A stretch of DNA of 64,000 nt from an uncultured bacterium (GTDB taxonomy: Bacteria > Fidelibacterota > Marinisomatia > Marinisomatales > UBA1611). Below, piece by piece: positions 39,336 to 49,700 of this stretch. The stretch is from positions 160,001 to 224,000 of the forward strand of contig CBFIBM010000001.1 in NCBI GenBank assembly GCA_965660855.1, read 5' to 3'. How positions within the stretch are numbered: position 1 is the stretch's first letter; every line of letters begins with the position of its first letter. The position numbers and the translations under genes were made by a program. The notes beneath the pieces were generated by a model. The model was not told where the DNA came from. It did not search any database and was given only the letters and a program-made list of their open reading frames with translations.

Positions 39336-41279
39336 ATGCAGAAATTAATTATATCATTAATCGTTTCAATTTCTTTTATTCTTTCTCAAAATAGTGATAA
39401 AGTTGTAAATACATGTGGGAAAATATCTTCTCAATTTGAATGGCTTTCTTTTGAATCAACATTAACTGAGGAGCAAGAAAAAATTGATATAGTGTATTAT
39501 GATATCGATCTTAATATAGATCTTGATTCTGAACAAATTTTTGGGAATGTTTTAATTAGAGGAAAAACTGGGTTCAATCAACCTGATTCTATTGAACTAG
39601 ATTTTTCTAACTCAATGGTAATAGACTCAATATTACTTAATAATGATTTTTCGGTTTTTAATCACAGAAATAACAAAATTAAAATTCCTAAACCACAAGC
39701 AACATTACCTGAGGGCTTTATATTTGACCTTATTGTCTATTATCATGGACATCCTACTTCAACTGGTTTTGGTTCTTTTAATTTTGACACGCATAATGAG
39801 GTTCCTCATATCTGGACTCTCTCAGAACCATATGGTGCAAGAGATTGGTGGCCATGTAAAGATGACCCCTCAGATAAAGCTGATTCATTAAAGATATCTG
39901 TTACCACTCATGAAGATCAAATTGTAGTCTCGAATGGTTTGTTAATTGAGGAAATATATGTAAATGATAACCAGAAAAAATATACATGGTTTGAGAGTTA
40001 CCCTATTTGTACTTATTTAGTCTCTATAGCCTCATATCCTTACACAGTATGGTATGATCAATATATATCCTCAAGTGGAGATACTCTACCTTTAGAATTT
40101 TATGTTTATCCTGATAATTACGAAACTGTTCGAGAAAACTATTTATTGACTAAGGATATGATGTCAGTATTCTCAGAAAAATTTGGAGAATATCCATTTA
40201 TGAATGAGAAATATGGACACGCAGATTTTGGGCGAGGTGGAGGAATGGAACATCAAACAATTTCAAGTATGGGAGGATATTCAGAATGGCTAATCGCACA
40301 TGAGCTTGGACATCAGTGGTGGGGTGATTTGGTTACATGTGCTGACTTTCACCACATATGGCTGAATGAAGGTTTTGCACGATTTTCAGAATCAATTTGG
40401 GAAGAGGCAAAAGGAGGAGTAGATGCTTATAAAAATTATTGGAGTAACCATACCTTTTATGGTCCGGGTACCATTTATGTAGAAAATCCAACATCAACAG
40501 GTCAAATTTTTAATAGTAATCTTACTTATAATAAAGCGGGATGGGTTGTCCATATGCTGAGAGGTGTGTTAGGTGATTCTCTTTTCTTTGAAAGTTTACA
40601 ATCATATGCCTATAATGATTCTCTTAAGTATAACGCTGTAACAACAGAAAATTTTAAACTTGTATGCGAAGATGTTTCAGGAATCTCATTGGACTCTTTT
40701 TTTGAACAATGGATTTATGGAGAGTTTTACCCAAAGTACTCTTTGTCATGGAGCATGATCAATACTAACTTAATTTCCATTAGGGTAGAGCAAATTCAAA
40801 ATTGGCAAAATTTTGAAATGCCCATTGATTTGTTAATTTATACTGACCTTGACACATTCAAAGTAAGAGTGAATAATAATACTTCAGATCAAGAATATCA
40901 AATCAACATAAGTAGTGGAGTTGTTCAAAGAATTGAATTAGACCCAGATAATTGGATATTGAAAGAAGTGCAATATCTTGGTCTTAATAATAACTTTCCA
41001 GATAATTATAACATAATAATGTATCCAGCATTTCCCAATCCTTTTAATCCTAAAGTAAATGTTAATTTTTTTATCCCAGAGGAATTTGGAGAGTTCCAAT
41101 CTAGAATTTTTATTTATAATTTAAATGGTTCACTTGTGGAAGAATTAAATCCAATACAATCTTATCCAGGTCTTAATAGAATCTCTTGGAATGCAGATAA
41201 TAAAGCCTCTGGAACATACTTTTTAAGTATTAAGGCAGATAATAAATTCCACACACAAAAAATACAGTTAGTTAAATAA
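39336..41279 (+). CDS. Secreted M1 aminopeptidase with C-terminal sorting domain
   Basis: SEPYGARDWWPCKD, GGMEHQT, AHELGHQWWG, WLNEGFA, YNKA; C-terminal AFPNPFNP...ASGTYF...QKIQLVK. Confidence 0.93.
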   Translation: MQKLIISLIVSISFILSQNSDKVVNTCGKISSQFEWLSFESTLTEEQEKIDIVYYDIDLNIDLDSEQIFGNVLIRGKTGFNQPDSIELDFSNSMVIDSILLNNDFSVFNHRNNKIKIPKPQATLPEGFIFDLIVYYHGHPTSTGFGSFNFDTHNEVPHIWTLSEPYGARDWWPCKDDPSDKADSLKISVTTHEDQIVVSNGLLIEEIYVNDNQKKYTWFESYPICTYLVSIASYPYTVWYDQYISSSGDTLPLEFYVYPDNYETVRENYLLTKDMMSVFSEKFGEYPFMNEKYGHADFGRGGGMEHQTISSMGGYSEWLIAHELGHQWWGDLVTCADFHHIWLNEGFARFSESIWEEAKGGVDAYKNYWSNHTFYGPGTIYVENPTSTGQIFNSNLTYNKAGWVVHMLRGVLGDSLFFESLQSYAYNDSLKYNAVTTENFKLVCEDVSGISLDSFFEQWIYGEFYPKYSLSWSMINTNLISIRVEQIQNWQNFEMPIDLLIYTDLDTFKVRVNNNTSDQEYQINISSGVVQRIELDPDNWILKEVQYLGLNNNFPDNYNIIMYPAFPNPFNPKVNVNFFIPEEFGEFQSRIFIYNLNGSLVEELNPIQSYPGLNRISWNADNKASGTYFLSIKADNKFHTQKIQLVK

Positions 41280-41639
41280 ATGGATATAATTAGAATTAAA
41301 AATCTAAAAATTCCTGCTACGCATGGAGCTTATGAATTTGAAAAAGATAAAGAAGGTCTTTTTGAATTGGATATTGAAATGTATATGGATCTAAAAACAC
41401 CTGCTCGGACTGATGATCTAAATGATACTGTTAATTACGATGAAGCTGTTTCTATAATTACATCTATTTTTACTCAAAAATCATATAACTTAATTGAATC
41501 AGTTGCTGAAAAAATTTGCGATAAACTGTTAGATCAATATCCTATTAAAAAAGTTCTGGCTAGAATACGTAAACCTCATGCTCCAATTTTAGCAAACCTG
41601 GATACTGTAGAAGTTGAACTTTTGAGAGAGAAAAAATAA
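41280..41639 (+). CDS. folB: Dihydroneopterin aldolase
   Basis: HGAYEFEK, DDLNDTVNY, NLIESVAE, KPHAP. Confidence 0.95.
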   Translation: MDIIRIKNLKIPATHGAYEFEKDKEGLFELDIEMYMDLKTPARTDDLNDTVNYDEAVSIITSIFTQKSYNLIESVAEKICDKLLDQYPIKKVLARIRKPHAPILANLDTVEVELLREKK

Positions 41640-41640
41640 G

Positions 41641-42150
41641 ATGAACTTTGTTGATTTATTTCTTAGTTTAGGTTCAAATATTGGAGATCGCGAGTCGAAC
41701 TTAGCTCAAGCAACAATGGCTTTATCGATTAATCTTAAAATTTCAGATATTAAAAGCTCTTCTTATTATGATTCTGAACCATTATATAACACAAAACAGC
41801 CAAATTTTCTCAATTCTGTTGTTAAATGTAAAACATCATTAAAACCATTTGAGGTACTAGATGTTATCCAAAAAGTTGAAAAGATGTTAGGAAGGAAAAA
41901 TAAGAAAGAGAAAAATAGTCCAAGAATAATAGATATTGATATTCTTTTCCATGGGGATGCGGTAATTGAGACTGAAGATTTAAGTATCCCTCATCCAATG
42001 CTGAGTTTAAGGAAATTTGTTTTGGTTCCTTTCGAGGAATTAGATCCAAATTTTATAGTCCCACATTCGAAAATAACAATTAAAGATTTAATTAAACATT
42101 GCCCGGATAAAACAAATGTTTTTTTACATCAAATGGATATACAAGCTTGA
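41641..42150 (+). CDS. folK: 2-amino-4-hydroxy-6-hydroxymethyldihydropteridine diphosphokinase
   Basis: LSLGSNIGDR, FLNSV, PRIIDIDIL, IPHP, RKFVLVP. Confidence 0.96.
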   Translation: MNFVDLFLSLGSNIGDRESNLAQATMALSINLKISDIKSSSYYDSEPLYNTKQPNFLNSVVKCKTSLKPFEVLDVIQKVEKMLGRKNKKEKNSPRIIDIDILFHGDAVIETEDLSIPHPMLSLRKFVLVPFEELDPNFIVPHSKITIKDLIKHCPDKTNVFLHQMDIQA

Positions 42151-42791
42151 AAAATTTATACTATATAGCAATAGAAGGACCAATTGGCGTAGGTAAGACT
42201 AGTTTATCAAAGCTAATGTCTAAAAAATTAGGTGCAAGGTTAGTTTTGGAGGAATTTGAAGATAATCCATTTTTACCGGACTTTTATAAAGATCCAGAGC
42301 GATATTCTTTTCAAACTCAATTATTTTTTCTACTGCAGAGATATAGGCAACAACAAGAATTAAGGCAAGTAGATATGTTTCAAAAATTACTAGTAACAGA
42401 TTATATGTTTGTTAAAGATAGACTTTTTGCTTCTTTGAACTTAAATGAAAAAGAAATGCAATTATATGATACTGTTGCAAACCTATTAGAACGTAACATC
42501 ATAAAACCTGACCTAGTTATATACCTTCAAGCGGATACAGATACCCTTATGGGGAATATCTCGAAGCGTGGACGTGAAATGGAAAATGATATTACCTATG
42601 AGTATATTGACGCTTTAAGTCAAGTATACACTGAATATTTTTTCAGATACCAAGATACTCCTCTTGTAATAATCAATACTAATAATATTGATTTTGTAAA
42701 TAATGAAAACGATTTGAATGAGGTAATACAATATATTAGGCAGCCAGTTTCTGGAACAAAATTTTTCAACCCAGTTTCAGGTTTAAAATGA
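42147..42791 (+). CDS. Deoxynucleoside kinase
   Basis: IAIEGPIGVGKTSL, NPFLPDFY, QLFFLLQR, PDLVIYLQA, RGR. Confidence 0.93.
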   Translation: MKNLYYIAIEGPIGVGKTSLSKLMSKKLGARLVLEEFEDNPFLPDFYKDPERYSFQTQLFFLLQRYRQQQELRQVDMFQKLLVTDYMFVKDRLFASLNLNEKEMQLYDTVANLLERNIIKPDLVIYLQADTDTLMGNISKRGREMENDITYEYIDALSQVYTEYFFRYQDTPLVIINTNNIDFVNNENDLNEVIQYIRQPVSGTKFFNPVSGLK

Positions 42792-42964
42792 TAAAATGGT
42801 TATTTCTATTAATAATTTTATATTATTCAGGAAAATTGATAATGTTTTTTTTACCTGTTTTCAAGTTTAAAAAAAATATTGATGATTTAGACAAGAAAAA
42901 ACAATTTCGCTCTAAAATCGATAAAATGGATATTTTAGATGCTGAGTTTGAAGAGAACTCTTAA
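42788..42964 (+). CDS. Small single-TM protein (58 aa) below the ORF-track cutoff
   Basis: MIKWLFLLIILYYSGKLIMFFLPVFKFKKNIDDLDKKKQFRSKIDKMDILDAEFEENS; ATGA overlap with the kinase stop; ends 9 nt before the next gene. Confidence 0.75.
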   Translation: MIKWLFLLIILYYSGKLIMFFLPVFKFKKNIDDLDKKKQFRSKIDKMDILDAEFEENS

Positions 42965-42973
42965 TTAAATCAT

Positions 42974-43570
42974 ATGAAAAATAAAGGTCTGATTCATTTA
43001 TTACTTTACGCACTACCTTTTTTTGTATATGGTCAGTTTACGAACTCTTACAAAGGATTTGGATTAGATATTGGAACCAGTGGAAGTGGTTTTTTCCTAA
43101 CAGTTTCTTCATTACATGATACCGAAAAAATTTCACTAAATGGAGAGGTTAGGTTTTACGACATAAAAGCTAAAGATGAAACAGTGGTGTATGATTACTA
43201 TTCCGGGAGATATCAAGATGTAGGCGGAATAAGTCTAGTAATGCTCCCAGTATACTTTGGAACAAATTATTATCCATTTGCAGGAAAAATTGAAAATAAC
43301 TTTTCACCATTTATTGGTATCAAACTAGGTTCAATTCTTACCATAGATGGTAATGAATTTGGACGTTTTATGGATAGGTGGAGAAGAGCAAAAACTCAAA
43401 TAATACCTGGATTTTTTCTAGGGTTTGGTATTGATTTTAAACTTGTTGGGCAAACTTTAGTATCTGCAATGGTTGGAAAAGAAATTATCAAATTAAAATA
43501 TAAAGCTGATGGAAATGATGATTACTCAGGATTTCTGATACATATCGCTTTTAAAAGACGATCAAAATGA
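42974..43570 (+). CDS. Hypothetical protein, probable outer-membrane beta-barrel
   Basis: Signal peptide; alternating hydrophobic beta-strands (FSPFIGIKLG, FFLGFGIDF). Confidence 0.65.
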   Translation: MKNKGLIHLLLYALPFFVYGQFTNSYKGFGLDIGTSGSGFFLTVSSLHDTEKISLNGEVRFYDIKAKDETVVYDYYSGRYQDVGGISLVMLPVYFGTNYYPFAGKIENNFSPFIGIKLGSILTIDGNEFGRFMDRWRRAKTQIIPGFFLGFGIDFKLVGQTLVSAMVGKEIIKLKYKADGNDDYSGFLIHIAFKRRSK

Positions 43571-44277
43571 TACCAGACAAGGCTTTCTATGTTCATCCAA
43601 ATCAAATAAAAAATAACATATTTATATTAGATGAATTTGAATCTAATCACTTAATTAATGTACTTCGATTAAAAATAAATGATCAAATACTTATTATTGA
43701 TGGGGTGGGTTGTGCATATGTTTCATTAATAAAAAATATATCAAAAAAAAATGTATCAGGAGAAATACAAAAAAAGTATAAACATTTAGGTGAGAATCAA
43801 TTAAATATAACCATTGCACCAGGTCTAATTAAACGTAACAGATTTGAAAATATGATGGAAAAAGCAGTCGAACTAGGAGTGAGAGAAATTCAACCATTAA
43901 TTTTAGATCACTGCCAAATAAAACACATGAATTTTGATAGAATAAAAAAAATTATAATTTCATCTTCAAAGCAGTGTAAACGGAGTTTCTTTCCAATTTT
44001 AAAAAGTCCTATTTCTCTAGAAGAATACCTGAATAAGCAATCCAACTTAATAATTGCAGGTAGTCAAAAATCAGAAGTTCATCTAAGAGAAGCATTATCA
44101 AAAATATCTAGAGATATTAATGTAATAATCGGTCCTGAGGGTGATTTTAGTGATGATGAGTATGCATTATTAGAAAACAAAGATATATTACTTTATAGTT
44201 TGGGTTCAAGACGCTTGAGATCTGAAACTGCATGTATAGCATCCATATCTATTCTAAATGAGTTTTTTAATGATTGA
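43567..44277 (+). CDS. rsmE: 16S rRNA m3U1498 methyltransferase
   Basis: HLINVLRL, EKAVELGV, KQCKR, IIGPEGDFS, LGSRRLRSETA. Confidence 0.95.
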   Translation: MIPDKAFYVHPNQIKNNIFILDEFESNHLINVLRLKINDQILIIDGVGCAYVSLIKNISKKNVSGEIQKKYKHLGENQLNITIAPGLIKRNRFENMMEKAVELGVREIQPLILDHCQIKHMNFDRIKKIIISSSKQCKRSFFPILKSPISLEEYLNKQSNLIIAGSQKSEVHLREALSKISRDINVIIGPEGDFSDDEYALLENKDILLYSLGSRRLRSETACIASISILNEFFND

Positions 44278-44620
44278 TAAGAGCTGTTTGTTCTGTAAAA
44301 TAATTATCAAGGAACTTCCTACAAATTTTATTTACGAAAATGATTTAGTTGTGGCATTTAATGATATATCTCCTCAAGCTCCTAAACATATTCTTATCAT
44401 TCCTAAAGTACATATTGCTACATTAAATGACCTTAAAGATCATCAAACAATAATTCTGGGTGAAATGGTTAAAGCTTCAAAGGAAATAGCAAAAAATCAA
44501 AATTTTGACCAAACTGGATATAGAACAGTTTTTAATTGTAATAAAGATGCCGGTCAAACAGTTTTTCATATTCATCTTCATTTGCTAGCAGGAAGATCTT
44601 TTCAATGGCCACCCGGATAA
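44258..44620 (+). CDS. Histidine triad nucleotide-binding (HIT) protein
   Basis: CLFCKII, DISPQAPKHILIIPK, GQTVFHIHLHLL, WPPG. Confidence 0.95.
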   Translation: MSFLMIDKSCLFCKIIIKELPTNFIYENDLVVAFNDISPQAPKHILIIPKVHIATLNDLKDHQTIILGEMVKASKEIAKNQNFDQTGYRTVFNCNKDAGQTVFHIHLHLLAGRSFQWPPG

Positions 44621-44632
44621 TTTAGGATTAAA

Positions 44633-45622
44633 ATGGGGGGAAAATTTAACTGGGGTATTATTGGAACGGGTGGAATAGCAAATGCTTTTGCTAATGATCT
44701 AAAGGTGTTAGATGATCATGAAATAAAGGCAGTTGCATCACGAACTAGAAAAAAAGCCTTAGAATTTTCATTAAAATTTAAAAAATGTGTTCCCTATCAT
44801 AATTATAATGATTTTGTATCGGATTCTTCTCTGGATGCCGTTTATATTGCAACCCCGAATCATTTGCATATGGAGCATGCACTTCTTGCAATAAATGCAG
44901 GGCTTCCAGTTCTATGTGAAAAACCTTTTGCATTAAATTCAAAAGAAGTTCAAACGATGATGGATGCAGCTAAATTTAAAAATGTTTTATTAGTTGAAGC
45001 TATGTGGTCAAGATTTTTACCCCACATGATCGAGGTTAAAAAAATTATTAACAGTGGTATATTAGGAAAAATATTTACTCTACATGCCGATCATGGTCAA
45101 GATTTAACTGATATTAAAAATCCAAGGTTATGGAAAGCAGAATTTGGAGGAGGGGCACTTTTGGATTTAGGAATATACGTAGTCTCATTTGCGCATTTAA
45201 TTTTAGGAAAACCAAATGAAATTGTTGCAAATACAATGCTTAATGAGGATGGAATTGATTTACAAACATCTGTAATATTAAAATACAAAACTGGAGCTCA
45301 AGCTATTCTTAATTCTACAATGATTAATAGCACTCCTTGTAGAGCCGTTATCTCTGGAGAAAATGGAAGGATCGAGATAAAACCAGTATTCTATGCTCCA
45401 TCATCTTTTAAGGTTATTTTAAAAAATGGTGAAATTAAAGATTATCCAAATAAATACCAGGGGCATGGTTTAAGAGAGCAAGCTGTAGAATTCGTAAAAT
45501 GTATAAATATGAAATTATTAGAAACCCCAAGGATGAAACATTTAGATAGCCTTACTGTTATGAGAACAATAGATAAAATACGAGAAGAGATTGGTTTAAT
45601 TTTTCCAAATGATTCTCTATGA
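44633..45622 (+). CDS. Gfo/Idh/MocA family oxidoreductase
   Basis: WGIIGTGGIA, YIATPN, LCEKP, EAMW, GGGALLDLGIY. Confidence 0.93.
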   Translation: MGGKFNWGIIGTGGIANAFANDLKVLDDHEIKAVASRTRKKALEFSLKFKKCVPYHNYNDFVSDSSLDAVYIATPNHLHMEHALLAINAGLPVLCEKPFALNSKEVQTMMDAAKFKNVLLVEAMWSRFLPHMIEVKKIINSGILGKIFTLHADHGQDLTDIKNPRLWKAEFGGGALLDLGIYVVSFAHLILGKPNEIVANTMLNEDGIDLQTSVILKYKTGAQAILNSTMINSTPCRAVISGENGRIEIKPVFYAPSSFKVILKNGEIKDYPNKYQGHGLREQAVEFVKCINMKLLETPRMKHLDSLTVMRTIDKIREEIGLIFPNDSL

Positions 45623-45672
45623 TAACTTGAATTCTATTGTAACTTTTATTATTAAAATAAAGGAAAAATTAA

Positions 45673-46263
45673 ATGAAAAATATACTATATCCATCTTTAA
45701 TTCTGTTTTTAATTTTTGGTTGTGAGGATACTGATGAGGCTATGAACACGTCACTTTTGGGTTCATGGAATTATAGTGTTTATTTACTAGAAAATAATTG
45801 TGATGGGACTGGAGAGGTTGAAGATATGGGAACATTAGAAATTACGGATACCGAATTTATAATAAACGAAACTGAAACCTTATCAGATTGGTGTGATGAA
45901 GATTTAGTAAATGATACGCTATGTGTTGAGTATGGTGATTCTACAAGTTTAAATGATTTTCAAGAAATTTGTGTAGATGAAGGCGGAACATTTGATTCTA
46001 TTACTGGAATTTGTGATAATCCTTTTGCTAGTACTTACACTTTGTCTGACTCACTTTATTTAACATTCCAGGATACAATACACATACCTGAATCCTATTC
46101 GTCTATTTGTGCTGAGGAAGGTGGTGTATATGCAGATGGAGTTTGCACAATTACATATAATTCAACTCATGCGTTGAACTTAGATGATGTTACTGCAACA
46201 TTGACGAGGACTTTTACAGAAAATGATACTTTATATTGTGAGAAATTTGTTTTAACAAAATAG
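45673..46263 (+). CDS. Acidic Cys-rich lipoprotein, function unknown
   Basis: Lipobox LIFGC, LLGSW; AAGGA RBS; followed by a strong terminator. Confidence 0.8.
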   Translation: MKNILYPSLILFLIFGCEDTDEAMNTSLLGSWNYSVYLLENNCDGTGEVEDMGTLEITDTEFIINETETLSDWCDEDLVNDTLCVEYGDSTSLNDFQEICVDEGGTFDSITGICDNPFASTYTLSDSLYLTFQDTIHIPESYSSICAEEGGVYADGVCTITYNSTHALNLDDVTATLTRTFTENDTLYCEKFVLTK

Positions 46264-46280
46264 ATTTATTACCCTAGAGT

Positions 46281-46330
46281 TTTTCAAAATAAAAAACCCC
46301 ACTTTTTTGTGGGGTTTTTTATTTTGAAAA
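46281..46330. terminator. Long perfect inverted repeat, probably a bidirectional intrinsic terminator
   Basis: 22-bp arms TTTTCAAAATAAAAAACCCCAC / GTGGGGTTTTTTATTTTGAAAA with a T6 loop. Confidence 0.88.
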
Positions 46331-46403
46331 GTACCTTAAATTTTACAATAACTTGAAGTTTAATATTTTATAAGTTTAACATAGATCATTAAAAATGTAG
46401 CGT

Positions 46404-46715
46404 ATGTATCAAATAATAAATAATAAAAAATTTAAAATTTTAATAATCGTTTTTATTGGATATTCCTTATCCTACGCAGATATGCCTGGTACATTAAAAA
46501 ATCAGACTAATATACCTAAGTCGGAATTTTTTCGAGAATATAAAGATATTAAAAAATCTAAAGTTGAATACATCTATGATGTAAATGGAAAAACAGTTAT
46601 ATCAAAAAATTATTTAAAAAACGAGAAATTGGCATCTAAAACAACTTATAGAAACTCCAAAAAACAAGATGTTTTTATATATTATACAAATTGTTATAAT
46701 GAAGATTGTTATTAA
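46404..46715 (+). CDS. Hypothetical exported protein, possibly a truncated remnant
   Basis: Signal-like SLSYA; EYIYDVNGK is reminiscent of YD/MORN-type strands. Confidence 0.5.
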   Translation: MYQIINNKKFKILIIVFIGYSLSYADMPGTLKNQTNIPKSEFFREYKDIKKSKVEYIYDVNGKTVISKNYLKNEKLASKTTYRNSKKQDVFIYYTNCYNEDCY

Positions 46716-46798
46716 ATAAATTATAATTCATATGCAATGAGGGGTGGATAACTGATTTAAGTCCTCGTAAATTTATCGATTATAACCAAAAGGCTTTT

Positions 46799-49700
46799 GT
46801 GTATATATCTGAAATAAAAATGCATGGTTTCAAATCTTTTGCTAACAAAGAAGTCATGAAACTTGGACAAGGAATTACAACTGTAGTTGGACCAAATGGT
46901 TGTGGAAAAACAAATATTGTGGATGCAATTAGGTGGGTTTTAGGCGAGCAAAAGTACAGCGTTTTAAGAAGTGGTAAAATGGAGGATGTAATTTTTAACG
47001 GTGCCGAGGGTTTTAAAGCTCTTGGAGTTTGTGAAGTTTCTATGACTGTCCATAATAACTCAGGGAAACTTCCTATTGAATATAATGATATTGAAATTGC
47101 AAGGAGAGTTTACCGTAATGGGGATTCTGAATATTATTTAAATAAAACACAATGCCGACTGAAAGATATAATGGATCTATTTTTAGATACAGGTATGGGT
47201 GCTGATGCATATTCAGTTATTGAGCTGAAAATGATAGAACAAATCCTATCAGAGACTGCAGATGATAGAAGAAATATGTTTGAGGAGGCAGCAGGAATAC
47301 ATAAATACAGATCGCAAAGAAAATCTACAATTAGAAAGTTTGATGCTACAAGATTGGACCTAGAAAGAATTAATGATATAATATTAGAGGTAGAACAAAA
47401 AGTTAATGGACTACTTCTTCAATTAAAGCGGTATAAAAGACATTCAAACTTAACAGAAGAACTAAAAACTAACGAAATAAGTTTAGCTTACTTAAAAACT
47501 TTTAGGCTGCAATCTGAAATGCTTCCAGTTAAAGAAAAAATAAAAGAATTTAAATATCTCAGAGAATCAAAATCCTCTGAAACATCTTCATATCAAAAAG
47601 AATTGAATGAATTGCAAGAAAATTATAAAAAACAAGAAAATGAATTAAATGAAATGCAAAATTTTATGTCTTCACTTCATAAAAAGAGAGAAGAAATAAG
47701 AAATAACATTATTGTTTTATCCGAAAAAGGTAAAGGTGCCCTTTTAACAATAGATAGACTCGAAAGAGAGAAAACTAATAATAAAGGAAAAATAGATAAT
47801 TTGAGGCAATTAAAGCTAGAATTTGATAAAGAAATTCTTACTTTAGAACCATCTATTGATGAATTACTAGGAAAATTTAAATTAGATAAAATTAAATTTG
47901 ATGATATTGATATTCTATATAAAGATAAAGAGAAATCTCTTGATAATCTTCAATCTGAAAGATGGGAGTTACAACGAAAATTAGTTAATGATAGATCTTT
48001 TTATGATAGAACAAATGCAAGTATGAATGAGAAGAATAACAGTTTAGAAGGATATAAAGAAATAATATCTAATTCAAAAAAAGAACAAGAGACTCAACTA
48101 AAAAATATAAAAATATTATCTACAAATCAGTCTGAAGTGAATGATAAACTAAAAAAGGTTAATTCTAAGATTGCCACCCTAGAGGAAAAACAAAAGGATC
48201 TCATAATTAAAAGACAGGATATTGTTAAAGAAAAATATTCTGTTACTGCAATGATGGACTCACTAAGGGGTCAACATCTCTTTTATAAAAATTTAGTTGA
48301 ATCAAAAGAAGGATTCCCGGAAGGTACCAGATATGTACTTGAAAACCCAAATTTATTTGAGGGTATTCTTGGTACCGTGGCTGATATGTTTGAAATCAAA
48401 GAAGAATTTCGTGATGCGCTTGAATCTGGCTTGGGTGATTTATCTCACTGTTTAATTGCAGATAATAAAGAAAATGCAATGAAAATATTAAAAATTGCCT
48501 CTGAAAAAAAAATTGGTGATCTCTCAATAATACCTTTAAAAGAATCTTCAAAGATTAAGGTTAATGTTATCCCAAACCCTAAAGTTGGATTAAGGATTGT
48601 TAGAGCTATTGAAGTAGTTAAAACCAGCAAAAATCTGATCCCTTTGGCTAATTACTTACTAGGGTCACTCATTATAGTAGATGATCTAAATATTGCATTA
48701 AAAAATGAAGATCTTCAAAATTGGAGCTTAGTAGATAGAAATGGTACTTTGTCTGGTAAGGATTTAGTCCTGAAAAGCAGACAAGTTTCAGAATTTGGAA
48801 ATTTAATGGGAAGAGAAGAAAAGCTTAAGGAAATATTATTGGAATTAGAGTATCTTAAGAAAAATGAGTCCCAACTAAATGATAAGTTTGAAAAATTAGA
48901 CAAATTCATAAATGAAAATAAATTAACTATTAAAAAATCAATTGAAGAAAAACAACATTTTAAAAGTAAACTTTTGCAAATTGACTCGGATCTATTAAGG
49001 GAAAAGCTTATTGATGAACAATCAATGAAAACACTTAAAATTTCTCAAATTGAAATTTTTCAATTGCAAAAGGATATTAAAAACCTAAAATTATCAATCG
49101 AAACTTTAAAACCAAAAATTAAAAAATTTGAAGAAAAAATAGACTCTTATCAAAAGAAAATAAATACTGCAGACCAAGAGATGCTAAAATATAGATCTAT
49201 GAGAGATGACGCTCAATCACTTCTACAAGAGAGCAGAATTCAGCTTATTGAATTGGAATCAAGACGAGATCAAGTTAGCTTTAAAAAAAAATCAGGCGAA
49301 GAATCAAGAGATGAATTAAAACAAAGAATAGAAAAACTGGTTAAAGAAATTTTTGAATTAAAAGAACAAAAAGAAAAGTTAGATAAAGATATAAACTTAA
49401 AAGAAAAAGAATTAAACCTCTCAAATGCTGAAATTCAAAAGCAAAGGTCAATCCTTGAACTAAAACAAGAAGTATTTAGAGAAACATTTTTAGAACTTGA
49501 ACAGATACAATCTAAAATAGCATCAGATCAAAAAAATAAAGAGCAAATTTTAGAGGATTTAAAAAATTTAGAACTAGATTTATCTAGAAATGAGCAAACA
49601 GTTATAGCTATCAAAGAAAAAATATCAGAAAAGTATTATACAATTTTACCCGATCATCTTGTCGTAGATGAAACTGAGGAACAATTGGAAATCATAATTA

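Noticed and set aside
46743..46751. DnaA-box-like GGTGGATAA upstream of smc
   Set aside because: A single one-mismatch copy with no cluster, so it does not support an origin.
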